Below, piece by piece: positions 15,580-31,063 of a stretch of DNA of 32,000 nt. The stretch is from Fulvivirga ulvae (GTDB taxonomy: Bacteria > Bacteroidota > Bacteroidia > Cytophagales > Cyclobacteriaceae), in the NCBI RefSeq assembly GCF_021389975.1, contig NZ_CP089981.1:2992199-3024198 (forward strand), in the 5' to 3' direction. Made by a program: the position numbers and the translations under genes. A model generated the notes under the pieces. That model did no database searches. It saw only the letters and a list, made by a program, of their open reading frames with translations, and was not told the DNA's origin. Each line of letters begins with the position of its first letter. Position 1 is the first letter of the stretch.

Positions 15580-17130
15580 ATGAAAAATTTTCATAAACTG
15601 GTTGTAGCAGGATTACTGGCGGTAGCCGCTTCCTCCTGCAATGACGACGAATTCATACAGCAGTCACCACCAGACCAGCTTACGTCTGAGAACTTCTGGA
15701 GAAATGCCGAAGATGCCCGTTCGGGATTGACCGCGGCATACTCTGAACTTGAATCTAGGAGTAACTTCTGGGACGGCTGGCAGGAAGGTCGCCCCGTATT
15801 GGAATACTTCAGGAGCGACTATGCCTTGCCCGGCCCCGATGCTACGAACTATGCGCACTGGATGTCCATATTTAATTTTGATTATACCAATGCCCACATT
15901 TTTGTAGACGTAATCTGGTCGACTAATTATAAAGGCTTGAACTTTGCTAATCAGGTGATCAGCAAAGTAGGCGAAATGACACCCGATCAAATTTCGGATG
16001 CTGAGAAAAAGCAGATTATCGGCGAAGCCACATTCCTGAGAGGATACTACCATTTTAAGCTACTTACCATGTTTGAAAAGATCGTGGTGAGAACAGAAGC
16101 CATAACACAGCAAACCCTTGACAAGGACCTTTCTACAAGACCTGAGGCATGGGGCATTGTAATTGAGGACTTCACCACTGCGGCAGAAATGTTAGATATT
16201 GTGGGCAACACCGAACCCGGAAGGGCCACAAAGGGAGCGGCATTGGCTTACCTCGGCAAGGCATACATGTATAAGGCAGGCGATCCTTCCTCGGCAGAAA
16301 GCAATGACTTTGATAATGCTGTAGCAGCTTTTAAGCCTATTGTAGAAGGAACGGCAGGCAGTTATGCCCTTGAACCTGATTTTGTAAGCAACTTCAACGG
16401 TGAAAATGAAAACAATCAGGAGTCGATCTTTGAGCTACAGTTCAAAAGTGGAGACGCTACCTCATGGAACGCCACCAGATTACATGCATTTGTTGGCGAC
16501 TGGTCAATCGGAGGCTGGGGTGGAATAGAAGCCACAATGGCACTGGTAAATGAGATGAAAAGTGAAGGAATGATAGCCAGCAACGGTTTGTACGACAACA
16601 GACTTTATGCTTCTGTTTATTTCAGAGATCCTTATTTCAACGACCCCGGCACCAACGAGATGCAGGGATCTACATGGGATGAGCTGATGACCACCCAGTA
16701 CGGAAGCACCTACGACAATCATGCTTACTTCAGAAAATGGTTGCCCAACTATGTTTGGGATAACTCCTACGTGGGCGTGAACGTGGTGCTGATGCGATAT
16801 GCAGACGTACTGCTTATGTATGCTGAGGCGCTGAATGAAACAGGTGATACACCCGGAGCCATTACCATTATTGATCAGATAAGGGACGTACATGGCAACA
16901 TGCCTTCCACTACAGCTGCGACACAGGCAGAAGTCAAAGCGCAGATTATTCATGAAAGGACTATGGAACTGACTCTGGAGTCGGTGAGATTCTTTGATCT
17001 TCGCCGCTGGGGAATGCTGGATGAAGCGATGCAGGCAGCCGGAAGAACAGGGTTTAGTGCGGTCAGTCATGCATACCTTCCGGTACCGTTATCAGAATTA
17101 CAGACCAATACGGCTATTGGGAGCAATTAA
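15580..17130 (+). CDS. susD: SusD/RagB family nutrient-binding outer membrane lipoprotein
   Basis: Lipoprotein signal MKNFHKLVVAGLLAVAASSC-NDD. SusD-like segments include FLRGYYHFKLLTMF, VLLMYAEALNE, ERTMELTLESVRFFDLRRWG. It starts 21 nt after SusC. Confidence 0.9.
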   Translation: MKNFHKLVVAGLLAVAASSCNDDEFIQQSPPDQLTSENFWRNAEDARSGLTAAYSELESRSNFWDGWQEGRPVLEYFRSDYALPGPDATNYAHWMSIFNFDYTNAHIFVDVIWSTNYKGLNFANQVISKVGEMTPDQISDAEKKQIIGEATFLRGYYHFKLLTMFEKIVVRTEAITQQTLDKDLSTRPEAWGIVIEDFTTAAEMLDIVGNTEPGRATKGAALAYLGKAYMYKAGDPSSAESNDFDNAVAAFKPIVEGTAGSYALEPDFVSNFNGENENNQESIFELQFKSGDATSWNATRLHAFVGDWSIGGWGGIEATMALVNEMKSEGMIASNGLYDNRLYASVYFRDPYFNDPGTNEMQGSTWDELMTTQYGSTYDNHAYFRKWLPNYVWDNSYVGVNVVLMRYADVLLMYAEALNETGDTPGAITIIDQIRDVHGNMPSTTAATQAEVKAQIIHERTMELTLESVRFFDLRRWGMLDEAMQAAGRTGFSAVSHAYLPVPLSELQTNTAIGSN

Positions 17131-17165
17131 GAACACGAATTAGTTTTGTTTAGGTTAGATTAGAT

Positions 17166-17211
17166 AAAAGGACGTATCAGGTGAAGTTGTAAAGCACCGG
17201 ATACGCCTTTT
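17166..17211 (+). promoter_or_regulatory. stem-loop in the SusD/GH63 intergenic region (possible attenuator or processing site)
   Basis: AAAAGG(a)CGTATC (17166-17178) pairs with GATACGCCTTTT (17200-17211), giving 12 bp with one bulge. The loop is large (about 21 nt) and TATTAC follows. Confidence 0.3.
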
Positions 17212-17239
17212 ATTACAGACATTTAAATCAGAGCCCAAA

Positions 17240-19249
17240 TTGAAAAATTTAAGTAGCATACCTGTAAAACTCCTGACTTTAACTATTGCAGCTGCATTTT
17301 TGACCCTGCTAAGCTGCAAAAATGATGAAACTGCAAAACGTACTAAAGGTAAGCCACAGGAGCATTTTGCAGACATTCTTAATGTAAAAGGAATCCCGCA
17401 ATCGGGGCAGGATAATAGCGTTTCCAGTTTTTCCGATCTGGGTGCATGGCACAGTTACGCGATATCACCGGAGCCTTCAGGAGCCTTTGCCGGTCCTTAT
17501 TTAATGACTGTAAATAATGGTAGATGGCTTGGCCCATTGGGCGAAATGAACATATTTCTGGATGGTCACAGCGTTTCGTTCGGTGATGCATCAAACTTTG
17601 CATCCGCCTATTATCCCGGCCACCTGGAACAACGATTTACCGTAGGCCAGATCACTGTAGAGCAAAAACTCATTTTTATTTCATCTGCCACTGCATTGAT
17701 TCAGACCCACATCATCAATGAAAGTCAGACACCGGTAAAACTTGGGATATCCTGGAAAGGCAAAACCTGGCTGGATAATGTCACTCTCTCGCTGCAAGAA
17801 AATCAAGGGATTCAGTATAAAATAGACGATAATCAATATTTTGTGATTCGTCCCTCTCTTAAAGCATCCGTTACCATTGATTCTGGAAGTTACGTGATGT
17901 CAACTTCAGAGGATATAACATTACAGGATGAAGTCACCTTAGCCCAGGTACATACACTGGGAAATGAAGAAGAAATTCAGGCTGAGGAGCCTTTAATAAC
18001 TTCGGCCTTAAAGGATCCGGGGCACTACTTTGAGGCCAATACCCAACGGTGGAAACAGTATGTTGACCAGGTTACACAAGGTCTTACTACAGAAGAAGAA
18101 AAACTGATAGCTGTAAAGACACTGGAAACCCTAACCAATAACTGGAGGAGGGCCGGAGGAGAGTTGAAACATCAGGGCTTTTTCCCATCATACGCATACA
18201 GAGGATTTTATGGTTTTTGGGCATGGGACTCGTGGAAGCATGCTGTAGCTGCAGTAATGTTTAATCCTGACCTTGCCAAAGACCAGATCAGAGCCATGTA
18301 CGATTACCAGAATGAACAGGGTATGATTGCAGACTGCATTTTCAGAGACACTCTGATCGAAAAACATAACTGGAGGGATACCAAACCGCCGCTTTCCGGT
18401 TGGGCGATTTATGAAATATACAAGGCAACCACCGATACCGCATTTGTAAGAGAGATGTATCCCAAACTGGAGAAATACCATCGCTGGTGGTACCAATACC
18501 GTGACCATGACCAGAACGGTCTTTGTGAATATGGCTCTACAGACGGCACTCGCATCGCAGCAGCATGGGAGTCAGGCATGGACAATGCAGTCCGGTTTGA
18601 CAGCGCCAACTTATTGAAAAATACTAGGGAAGCCTGGTCGCTCAATCAGGAGTCAGTCGATTTGAATGCCTACCTGTATGCGGAGAAACTTTACATGTCA
18701 AAACTATCTGAAATCATCGGACTGCCTTCAGAAACACTAAAGAAAGAAGCTAAGGCATTGAAAGCTCAAATCAACAATGTATTCTATGACGAGGCATCCG
18801 GTTATTACTATGATGTGCAGATAGGGACAACTCAGAAGATAAATGTAAAAGGCCCTGAAGGTTGGATACCTGTGTGGGCTGGTGTAGCCGAGAAAGAACA
18901 AGCCACAGGTGTAATGAAACAGATTATGGATTCATCTGCTTTTAACACTTACATGCCTTTGCCGACCCTCGATGCCTCACATGAAAAATTTAATCCACAA
19001 AAAGGCTATTGGAGGGGGCCTGTATGGCTGGATCAGGCATATTTTGCCATAGCCGGCTTAAGAAAATATGACTTGAATGAGGAAGCAGATCAACTGACAG
19101 ATAAAATATTGAATAATGCTGAAGGGCTTAAGGTAAGGGGAGAGCCCATTTATGAAAATTATCACCCTGTAAGCGGGAAAGGCCTTAATGCCAGGCATTT
19201 TAGCTGGTCTGCTGCACATATTTTACTATTGGTAAAAGAGCGAAATTAA
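17240..19249 (+). CDS. GH63-like (YgjK/MGH1/trehalase-like, (alpha/alpha)6-barrel) glycoside hydrolase lipoprotein
   Basis: TTG start at 17240. Lipoprotein signal ...LTIAAAFLTLLSC-KNDE. Motifs FYGFWAWDSWKHA, PPLSGWAIYEIY, GLCEYGSTDG...WESGMDNAVRFD and GYWRGPVWLDQAYFAIAGLRKY. The last resembles the YWRGPIW segment of GH63 glucosidases. Confidence 0.7.
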   Translation: MKNLSSIPVKLLTLTIAAAFLTLLSCKNDETAKRTKGKPQEHFADILNVKGIPQSGQDNSVSSFSDLGAWHSYAISPEPSGAFAGPYLMTVNNGRWLGPLGEMNIFLDGHSVSFGDASNFASAYYPGHLEQRFTVGQITVEQKLIFISSATALIQTHIINESQTPVKLGISWKGKTWLDNVTLSLQENQGIQYKIDDNQYFVIRPSLKASVTIDSGSYVMSTSEDITLQDEVTLAQVHTLGNEEEIQAEEPLITSALKDPGHYFEANTQRWKQYVDQVTQGLTTEEEKLIAVKTLETLTNNWRRAGGELKHQGFFPSYAYRGFYGFWAWDSWKHAVAAVMFNPDLAKDQIRAMYDYQNEQGMIADCIFRDTLIEKHNWRDTKPPLSGWAIYEIYKATTDTAFVREMYPKLEKYHRWWYQYRDHDQNGLCEYGSTDGTRIAAAWESGMDNAVRFDSANLLKNTREAWSLNQESVDLNAYLYAEKLYMSKLSEIIGLPSETLKKEAKALKAQINNVFYDEASGYYYDVQIGTTQKINVKGPEGWIPVWAGVAEKEQATGVMKQIMDSSAFNTYMPLPTLDASHEKFNPQKGYWRGPVWLDQAYFAIAGLRKYDLNEEADQLTDKILNNAEGLKVRGEPIYENYHPVSGKGLNARHFSWSAAHILLLVKERN

Positions 19250-19251
19250 GC

Positions 19252-25382
<6,131 letters not shown>

Positions 25383-25396
25383 CTAAGCTTAACAGG

Positions 25397-26386
25397 ATGG
25401 AGTTTTTGCAAGGAAAATTCGGGGAAAGAGCTTACCATATATTATTGAACAGGGATTCTGGAGAATACATTGGTGTTATCCCATCTTGCGGTGCTATGCT
25501 CAATGCCTTTAATGTCAGGTTGCCCGATGATAGCTATTTTCCGTTGATTGATGGGTATGAAAATGAAAATGATTTGGTCAACAATATTGCCCATACTTTT
25601 AAGGGATGCAAGTTGTCGCCATTTCCCAATAGGATAAAAGCAGGTAATTACACCTTTAAAGGTCAGAATTATCAGTTGGGTATTAACCTGTTGGAAGAAG
25701 GCCATGCTCACCACGGTTTACTCTACAATGTTCCCTTTGAGTTGATTAATAGCGGGGCCGATGAGTATGAAGGTAGATTACGCTATCGATATGTGTATGA
25801 TGCATTCAATCCGGGCTATCCATTTAAATATCACATGGAAATAGAGTACCGGTTCAACAGGGATAACAGCTTGACATGCACCACTGAAATTAAGAATACT
25901 GATGACCGGGAAATATTGATTGGTGATGGCTGGCACCCTGTTTTTAACACCCATCCCTTAACCGATGATATGTATATCAGGTTCCGTGCAGACAAACAAT
26001 TGGAACTTCATGACATGATACCCAACATGAAGTTTGCAGAAGACGGAAAATTCAGCGATTTTCGTCGGATTGGAAAGCAACAGTTTGATGATGCTTTTGA
26101 ATTAAACAATACTGGTAAGGCAGTTTTTACCCTGGCATACCCCAAGTTGAAAATGGCAGTTGACATTTGGCAACAAACGGGAACCGACGGGTACAATTAC
26201 CTTCAGGTATATACCCCATATAATAGAAACAGCATTGCAGTTGAACCGGTAACGTGTCCAGCAAATGCTTTTAATAATGGACTTGGACTCATAACTCTTG
26301 CCCCTGGAGTGGAGCTAAGTCTTGCTTATGGTATAGAAGTTAGTTTTGACAAATTTTCTATACCAGATACTTTAATCAATTTCTAA
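25397..26386 (+). CDS. aldose 1-epimerase (galactose mutarotase family)
   Basis: 329 aa with no signal peptide. Mutarotase-like segments include HHGLLYN, GDGWHPVFN and AVEPVTCPANAFNNG. It sits between the beta-galactosidase and the sugar symporter/GalK/GalT genes. Confidence 0.7.
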   Translation: MEFLQGKFGERAYHILLNRDSGEYIGVIPSCGAMLNAFNVRLPDDSYFPLIDGYENENDLVNNIAHTFKGCKLSPFPNRIKAGNYTFKGQNYQLGINLLEEGHAHHGLLYNVPFELINSGADEYEGRLRYRYVYDAFNPGYPFKYHMEIEYRFNRDNSLTCTTEIKNTDDREILIGDGWHPVFNTHPLTDDMYIRFRADKQLELHDMIPNMKFAEDGKFSDFRRIGKQQFDDAFELNNTGKAVFTLAYPKLKMAVDIWQQTGTDGYNYLQVYTPYNRNSIAVEPVTCPANAFNNGLGLITLAPGVELSLAYGIEVSFDKFSIPDTLINF

Positions 26387-26401
26387 ACAAACAAAAATGT
26401 A

Positions 26402-27967
26402 ATGAATCTATCGACCATCGACATCATTATTTTCGTTGCCTATGGCTGCCTGATCATATTTATTGGGTATTGGGTCAGCCGGGAAAAGAAGGGGCACACC
26501 AAAGATTCCAGCGACTACTTTCTGGCTGGCAAATCGCTGCCCTGGTGGGCTATCGGAGCATCTCTGATCGCTTCCAACATTTCAGCAGAGCAATTCATTG
26601 GCATGTCAGGTTCCGGCTTTGCCCTGGGTTTGGGTATAGCCACCTATGAGTGGATGGCTGCACTTACCCTGCTGATCGTAGCCAAGTTTTTTCTTCCTGT
26701 ATTTTTAAAGAAAGGTATTTTTACTCTGCCTCAGCTACTCGAACAACGCTACGATGGGCGCATAAGGACCGTGCTGGCTGTATTCTGGGTATTTCTGTAC
26801 ACTTTCGTTAACCTTTCCACAGTGCTATACCTTTCGTCATTGGCACTGACGGTAGTGTTGGGCATTACCATGTGGCAGTCAATCATTGGCCTGGCAGTAA
26901 TGGCAGTTGCTTACTCTATTTACGGAGGTTTGAAAGCGGTAGCCTGGACCGATGTCGTGCAGGTCGTGTTCCTGATATTCGGAGGCCTGATCACCACTTA
27001 CCTGGCACTTGATGCGGTAAGTGAAGGAGCAGGAGCTTTAAAAGGCCTTTCTCTTCTGCTTGAAAAAGCTCCTGAGAAGTTTGATATGATCCTCTCTCCC
27101 GACAACCCTTTTTATAAAGACCTTCCGGGTATTTCCGTGCTGGTAGGGGGTATGTGGATTGCCAACCTGAGTTATTGGGGGTGCAATCAGTACATTATCC
27201 AGAGAGCACTGGCTGCCAAGAGTATTGGTGAAGCCCAAAAAGGACTTGCATTTGCTGGATATTTAAAATTACTGATTCCTATGGTAGTGGTAATACCAGG
27301 TATTGCAGCTTTTGTACTTGGCGCAAATATAGAGAGATATGACGCTGCTTACCCCTGGTTACTGGCTAATCTTGTACCTACTGGTATCAAAGGGCTGGCT
27401 TTTGCAGCCCTGATTGCAGCGGCCCTGTCATCGCTAAGCTCTATGATGAACAGTACTGCAACCATTTTTACCATGGATCTTTACAAACCATCACTCAAGA
27501 GGGAGGTTTCCGAGAGCCATTTAGTTACCGTTGGTCGTATTGTAGGTTTGGTGGCTATGCTTATCGCCGTAGTTGTGGCTCAACCCTTATTGGGGGGTGA
27601 AGAACAGGTATTCCAGTTTATCCAAAAATACACAGGATATGTCAGCCCGGGCATTGTGGTATTGTTCATGTTTGGTTTGTTCTGGAAGCGAGCTTCAGCA
27701 AGTGGAGCATTGTGGACTGCCATCGCTTCAGTGCCATTTAGCATCTTCGTTGATCTCGTGTTCCCGTCTATGCCATTTCTTGATCAAATGGGGGTAGTAT
27801 TTCTCTTGCTTTCCGCCTTGATGATAATGGTTTCACTGGGGGCAGGAAAGGCATCACCTAAAGCGATCAATCTGGAGAAAGGACTATTCTCGACTTCACC
27901 ATGGTTCAACGCATTGGCCATGGGCATTATGTTAATACTTGCAGTTTTATACATCATTTTTTGGTAA
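26402..27967 (+). CDS. sodium:solute symporter (SGLT-type Na+/sugar cotransporter)
   Basis: 521 aa polytopic membrane protein. DYFLAGKSLPWWAIGASLIASNISAEQFIGMSGSG is typical of the SSS/SGLT family. The stop overlaps the galK start (TAATG, 27965-27969). Confidence 0.85.
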   Translation: MNLSTIDIIIFVAYGCLIIFIGYWVSREKKGHTKDSSDYFLAGKSLPWWAIGASLIASNISAEQFIGMSGSGFALGLGIATYEWMAALTLLIVAKFFLPVFLKKGIFTLPQLLEQRYDGRIRTVLAVFWVFLYTFVNLSTVLYLSSLALTVVLGITMWQSIIGLAVMAVAYSIYGGLKAVAWTDVVQVVFLIFGGLITTYLALDAVSEGAGALKGLSLLLEKAPEKFDMILSPDNPFYKDLPGISVLVGGMWIANLSYWGCNQYIIQRALAAKSIGEAQKGLAFAGYLKLLIPMVVVIPGIAAFVLGANIERYDAAYPWLLANLVPTGIKGLAFAALIAAALSSLSSMMNSTATIFTMDLYKPSLKREVSESHLVTVGRIVGLVAMLIAVVVAQPLLGGEEQVFQFIQKYTGYVSPGIVVLFMFGLFWKRASASGALWTAIASVPFSIFVDLVFPSMPFLDQMGVVFLLLSALMIMVSLGAGKASPKAINLEKGLFSTSPWFNALAMGIMLILAVLYIIFW

Positions 27968-29151
27968 TGGAAGCACACGAAATACACAAGGCATTTATAG
28001 ATATATATGGTCAGCCGGATTTGTTGGTTAGATCTCCGGCAAGGATCAACCTGATAGGTGAACATACAGACTATAACGGTGGATTTGTACTACCGGCAGC
28101 GATCAATAAAGAGACTTATTTCGCGATATCAGGAAACGGCACCCGGACCTGTAATGTATACTCCAAACACTTCGATGAAACGGTAACCTTTGAACTGGAT
28201 GATATAAAACCATCGGATAAATCGTGGGCAAACTACCTCATCGGGGCAGTAGACCAGGTTCAAAAGAATGGATATAAAGTTCACGGGTTCAATATTGTAT
28301 TCGGAGGTAATATTCCTATTGGAGCAGGTCTTTCGTCATCAGCGTCCGTGGAGTGTGGACTCATATTCTCCATAAATGAGCTGTTCTCGCTGGGCATTGA
28401 GCCTGTAGAGATCATTAAAATGGGGCAAAAAGCAGAAAACGAGTTTGTGGGAGTCCAGTGCGGTATTATGGATCAGTTTATCAATGTAATGGGCAAAAAA
28501 GATCATGCTTTACGACTCGATTGCCGGTCATTGGAGTATTATTATTTCCCATTGAAGCTAAACAACTACTGTATTATACTTTGCAATTCGCTTGTGAGCC
28601 ATTCACTGGCTACTTCTGCCTACAACACACGAAAGGAAGAATGTCTTCGTGGAGTGGAAATCATTAAAGCTCATTACCCTGAAGTTGAAAGCCTGAGAGA
28701 TGTGAAACTCCCTATGTTGCAGCACCTTCTTCCTGAACTTGGAGAAAATGTTTTCAACCGTTGTAAGTTCGTTATTGAAGAGAATTTACGCGTACTTGAG
28801 AGTTGCGATCAACTGCAAAAAGGCGATGTAGCCGGATTTGGCAGAAACCTCTACGATTCGCATTACGGTCTGGCGCTAACTTATAAGGTAAGTTGCCCGG
28901 AACTGGATTTTCTGATAGGCTTTACTATTAACAAGCCTCAGGTCGTTGGAGCCAGAATGATGGGCGGGGGCTTTGGAGGGTGTACTATAAATATTGTTGA
29001 GAATACCTATAAAGATGATTTCATACAGGCAATTAGTGATGCCTATCAGCAGCGTTTTGAAATTATGCCTGAGATCTATGAGGTGGCGCCAGCCGAGGGT
29101 ACAAGTGAGGCTGCTGTTTCGGAGTGTGTAAATACCAAAAGTTCATTATGA
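27967..29151 (+). CDS. galK: galactokinase
   Basis: I prefer the ATG at 27967 (MEAHEIHKAFIDIYGQPDLLVRSPARINLIGEHTDYNGGFVLPAAI) over the listed 27901. It carries the galactokinase signature RINLIGEHTDYNGG and the GHMP kinase motif PIGAGLSSSAS. Confidence 0.9.
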   Translation: MEAHEIHKAFIDIYGQPDLLVRSPARINLIGEHTDYNGGFVLPAAINKETYFAISGNGTRTCNVYSKHFDETVTFELDDIKPSDKSWANYLIGAVDQVQKNGYKVHGFNIVFGGNIPIGAGLSSSASVECGLIFSINELFSLGIEPVEIIKMGQKAENEFVGVQCGIMDQFINVMGKKDHALRLDCRSLEYYYFPLKLNNYCIILCNSLVSHSLATSAYNTRKEECLRGVEIIKAHYPEVESLRDVKLPMLQHLLPELGENVFNRCKFVIEENLRVLESCDQLQKGDVAGFGRNLYDSHYGLALTYKVSCPELDFLIGFTINKPQVVGARMMGGGFGGCTINIVENTYKDDFIQAISDAYQQRFEIMPEIYEVAPAEGTSEAAVSECVNTKSSL

Positions 29152-30182
29152 ATATATCAAGACTTAATGAGACTTCGCATAGAAGGTATAACCCTTTGGC
29201 CGGAGAGTGGGTTTTGGTATCACCACACAGGGCCAGACGTCCGTGGCAGGGTAAGACCGAGAAGAAAGAAGATAAATCATCAGTGCAGTATGATCCGGGG
29301 TGCTATCTGTGTCCCGGTAATGAAAGAGTTGGAGGGGTAATCAACCCAGATTACAAGGAGGTCTACGTATTCGACAATGATTTCCCTGCCCTGCTTAGCG
29401 ATGAGCAGGTTTCGTTTGAAGATGACTTGTTCACAGCCAAATCAGAAAAGGGCATATGTAGGGTCGTTTGTTTTTCGCCGGATCATGGCCTGACGTTATC
29501 CCAAATGGCTATTGATGATATTAAGAAGGTGGTGGACGTTTGGGCTGAACAATATATGATGCTGGGGGCTAAACCGGGCATCAGCTATGTGCAGATCTTT
29601 GAAAACAGGGGGGAGATGATGGGGTGTAGCAACCCTCATCCTCACGGTCAGGTCTGGGCTACGGAGACTGTGCCTAATGAACCGGCAAAAGAAACGATCA
29701 TGCAGCGGCAATATTTTGAGAAGCATGGCCGCACTTTACTTTCAGATTATCTTACCCAGGAGCTTAAAAAGGATGAGCGCATAGTGATTGAAACCGATCA
29801 CTTCGTGGTGCTGGTACCTTTCTGGGCGGTGTGGCCGTTTGAAACCATGATAATTAGTAAAATAGCTATACCACATCTGGGAGTAATGAACGAGGAGGAA
29901 AAGGTGGATTTTGCAAAAGCCCTTGGGTTACTTACCCGGACCTACGACGGGTTATTTGATGTATCGTTTCCCTATTCGGCAGGTATCCATCAGGCTCCTA
30001 CAGATGGTGGGGAATATCCTGAGTGGCATTTTCATATGCATTTCTATCCACCATTGCTGCGGTCAGCAACTGTCAGGAAATTTATGGTTGGTTTTGAGAT
30101 GTTGGGTAATCCTCAGCGGGATATAACACCGGAAGAGAGTACCCAAAGGTTGGTAAGTGTATACCAATCAATAATCAAATAA
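29148..30182 (+). CDS. galT: galactose-1-phosphate uridylyltransferase (UDP-glucose--hexose-1-phosphate uridylyltransferase)
   Basis: I prefer the ATG at 29148 (MNISRLNETSHRRYNPLAGEWVLVSPHRARRPWQG), which forms an ATGA overlap with the galK stop. It has a CYLCPGN zinc-site-like motif and the active-site HPHGQ (nt 29637-29651). Confidence 0.9.
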   Translation: MNISRLNETSHRRYNPLAGEWVLVSPHRARRPWQGKTEKKEDKSSVQYDPGCYLCPGNERVGGVINPDYKEVYVFDNDFPALLSDEQVSFEDDLFTAKSEKGICRVVCFSPDHGLTLSQMAIDDIKKVVDVWAEQYMMLGAKPGISYVQIFENRGEMMGCSNPHPHGQVWATETVPNEPAKETIMQRQYFEKHGRTLLSDYLTQELKKDERIVIETDHFVVLVPFWAVWPFETMIISKIAIPHLGVMNEEEKVDFAKALGLLTRTYDGLFDVSFPYSAGIHQAPTDGGEYPEWHFHMHFYPPLLRSATVRKFMVGFEMLGNPQRDITPEESTQRLVSVYQSIIK

Positions 30183-31028
30183 GTATGACCGGCTGGCTTC
30201 CTTCAGGAAAAATTCATTGTATGGATGGGCCTCCATTGTATACTGAGAAGGAAGCTTGCCGGAAAGTGCTTTAAAGTCTCTGATAAAGTGTGATTGATCA
30301 AAATAACCACATTGATAGGCCACAGAGGTAAGTGATGCGCGAGGTTCATTCAGGTATTTGAAGGATTGTTGAAACCGGATGATCTTCATGAACAGTTTAG
30401 GGCTTATACCTACATATTCGTCAAAAAGCTTTTGTAGATATCGGGCACTGATATCGCACTGACTTAAGATCATATTCAGATCACTTTTATCTTTACGCAT
30501 CAGGATGTGCTTCACGGCGTGATCCACAATTTTAAGTTTACGACGGTAGGGTTCCGGGCGGATCTGTTTTAGGAGAAAGGACTCAATAGCATTGATCTGG
30601 CTATTCAGGTCAGATGTTTCTGCAATCTCCTGAAATAGCAGGTCGTATATTTTTGAGATTGCATTTGGGTTGATCACCCTGTCAGTCAGTTCGGAGATTT
30701 TTATAGGGAAGAAGCTTCGTACAGTATGCGGATAGAACCTGATGCCCAGCATGGACCTGCACCCCTGAGACTGAATGGCATACGACCGGCTCATTTGACC
30801 AATGAGTTCTATAGATGGGTTTCTACTGAAATTTTGATGATCTGGTGCTCGGAATACAGGCACGCCCATGTTGAAAATTAACTCCACACAACCATCCGGA
30901 AACGACACATCTTTGAGCACCGACTGGTCATCATCCTCAATAACCCAATAACAGTTGATGTAAGGGAGCAGCTCAGCAGAAGGCGTAATTTCCTGGTAGA
31001 TCATGGTGCCGGAGGTTATGTGCTTCAC
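30168..31028 (-). CDS. AraC family transcriptional regulator
   Basis: C-terminal AraC-type HTH (ISARYLQKLFDEYVGISPKLFMKIIRFQQSF...SLTSVAYQCGYFDQSHFIRDFKALSGKLPSQY). An alternative start is at 31004 (MIYQEI...). The 3' end overlaps the galT 3' end by 15 nt in convergent orientation. Confidence 0.8.
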   Translation of the reverse strand: MKHITSGTMIYQEITPSAELLPYINCYWVIEDDDQSVLKDVSFPDGCVELIFNMGVPVFRAPDHQNFSRNPSIELIGQMSRSYAIQSQGCRSMLGIRFYPHTVRSFFPIKISELTDRVINPNAISKIYDLLFQEIAETSDLNSQINAIESFLLKQIRPEPYRRKLKIVDHAVKHILMRKDKSDLNMILSQCDISARYLQKLFDEYVGISPKLFMKIIRFQQSFKYLNEPRASLTSVAYQCGYFDQSHFIRDFKALSGKLPSQYTMEAHPYNEFFLKEASRSYLFDY

Positions 31029-31063
31029 TAACCTCCAACGTGAATTTTTAGCGTAAGGTTAGC

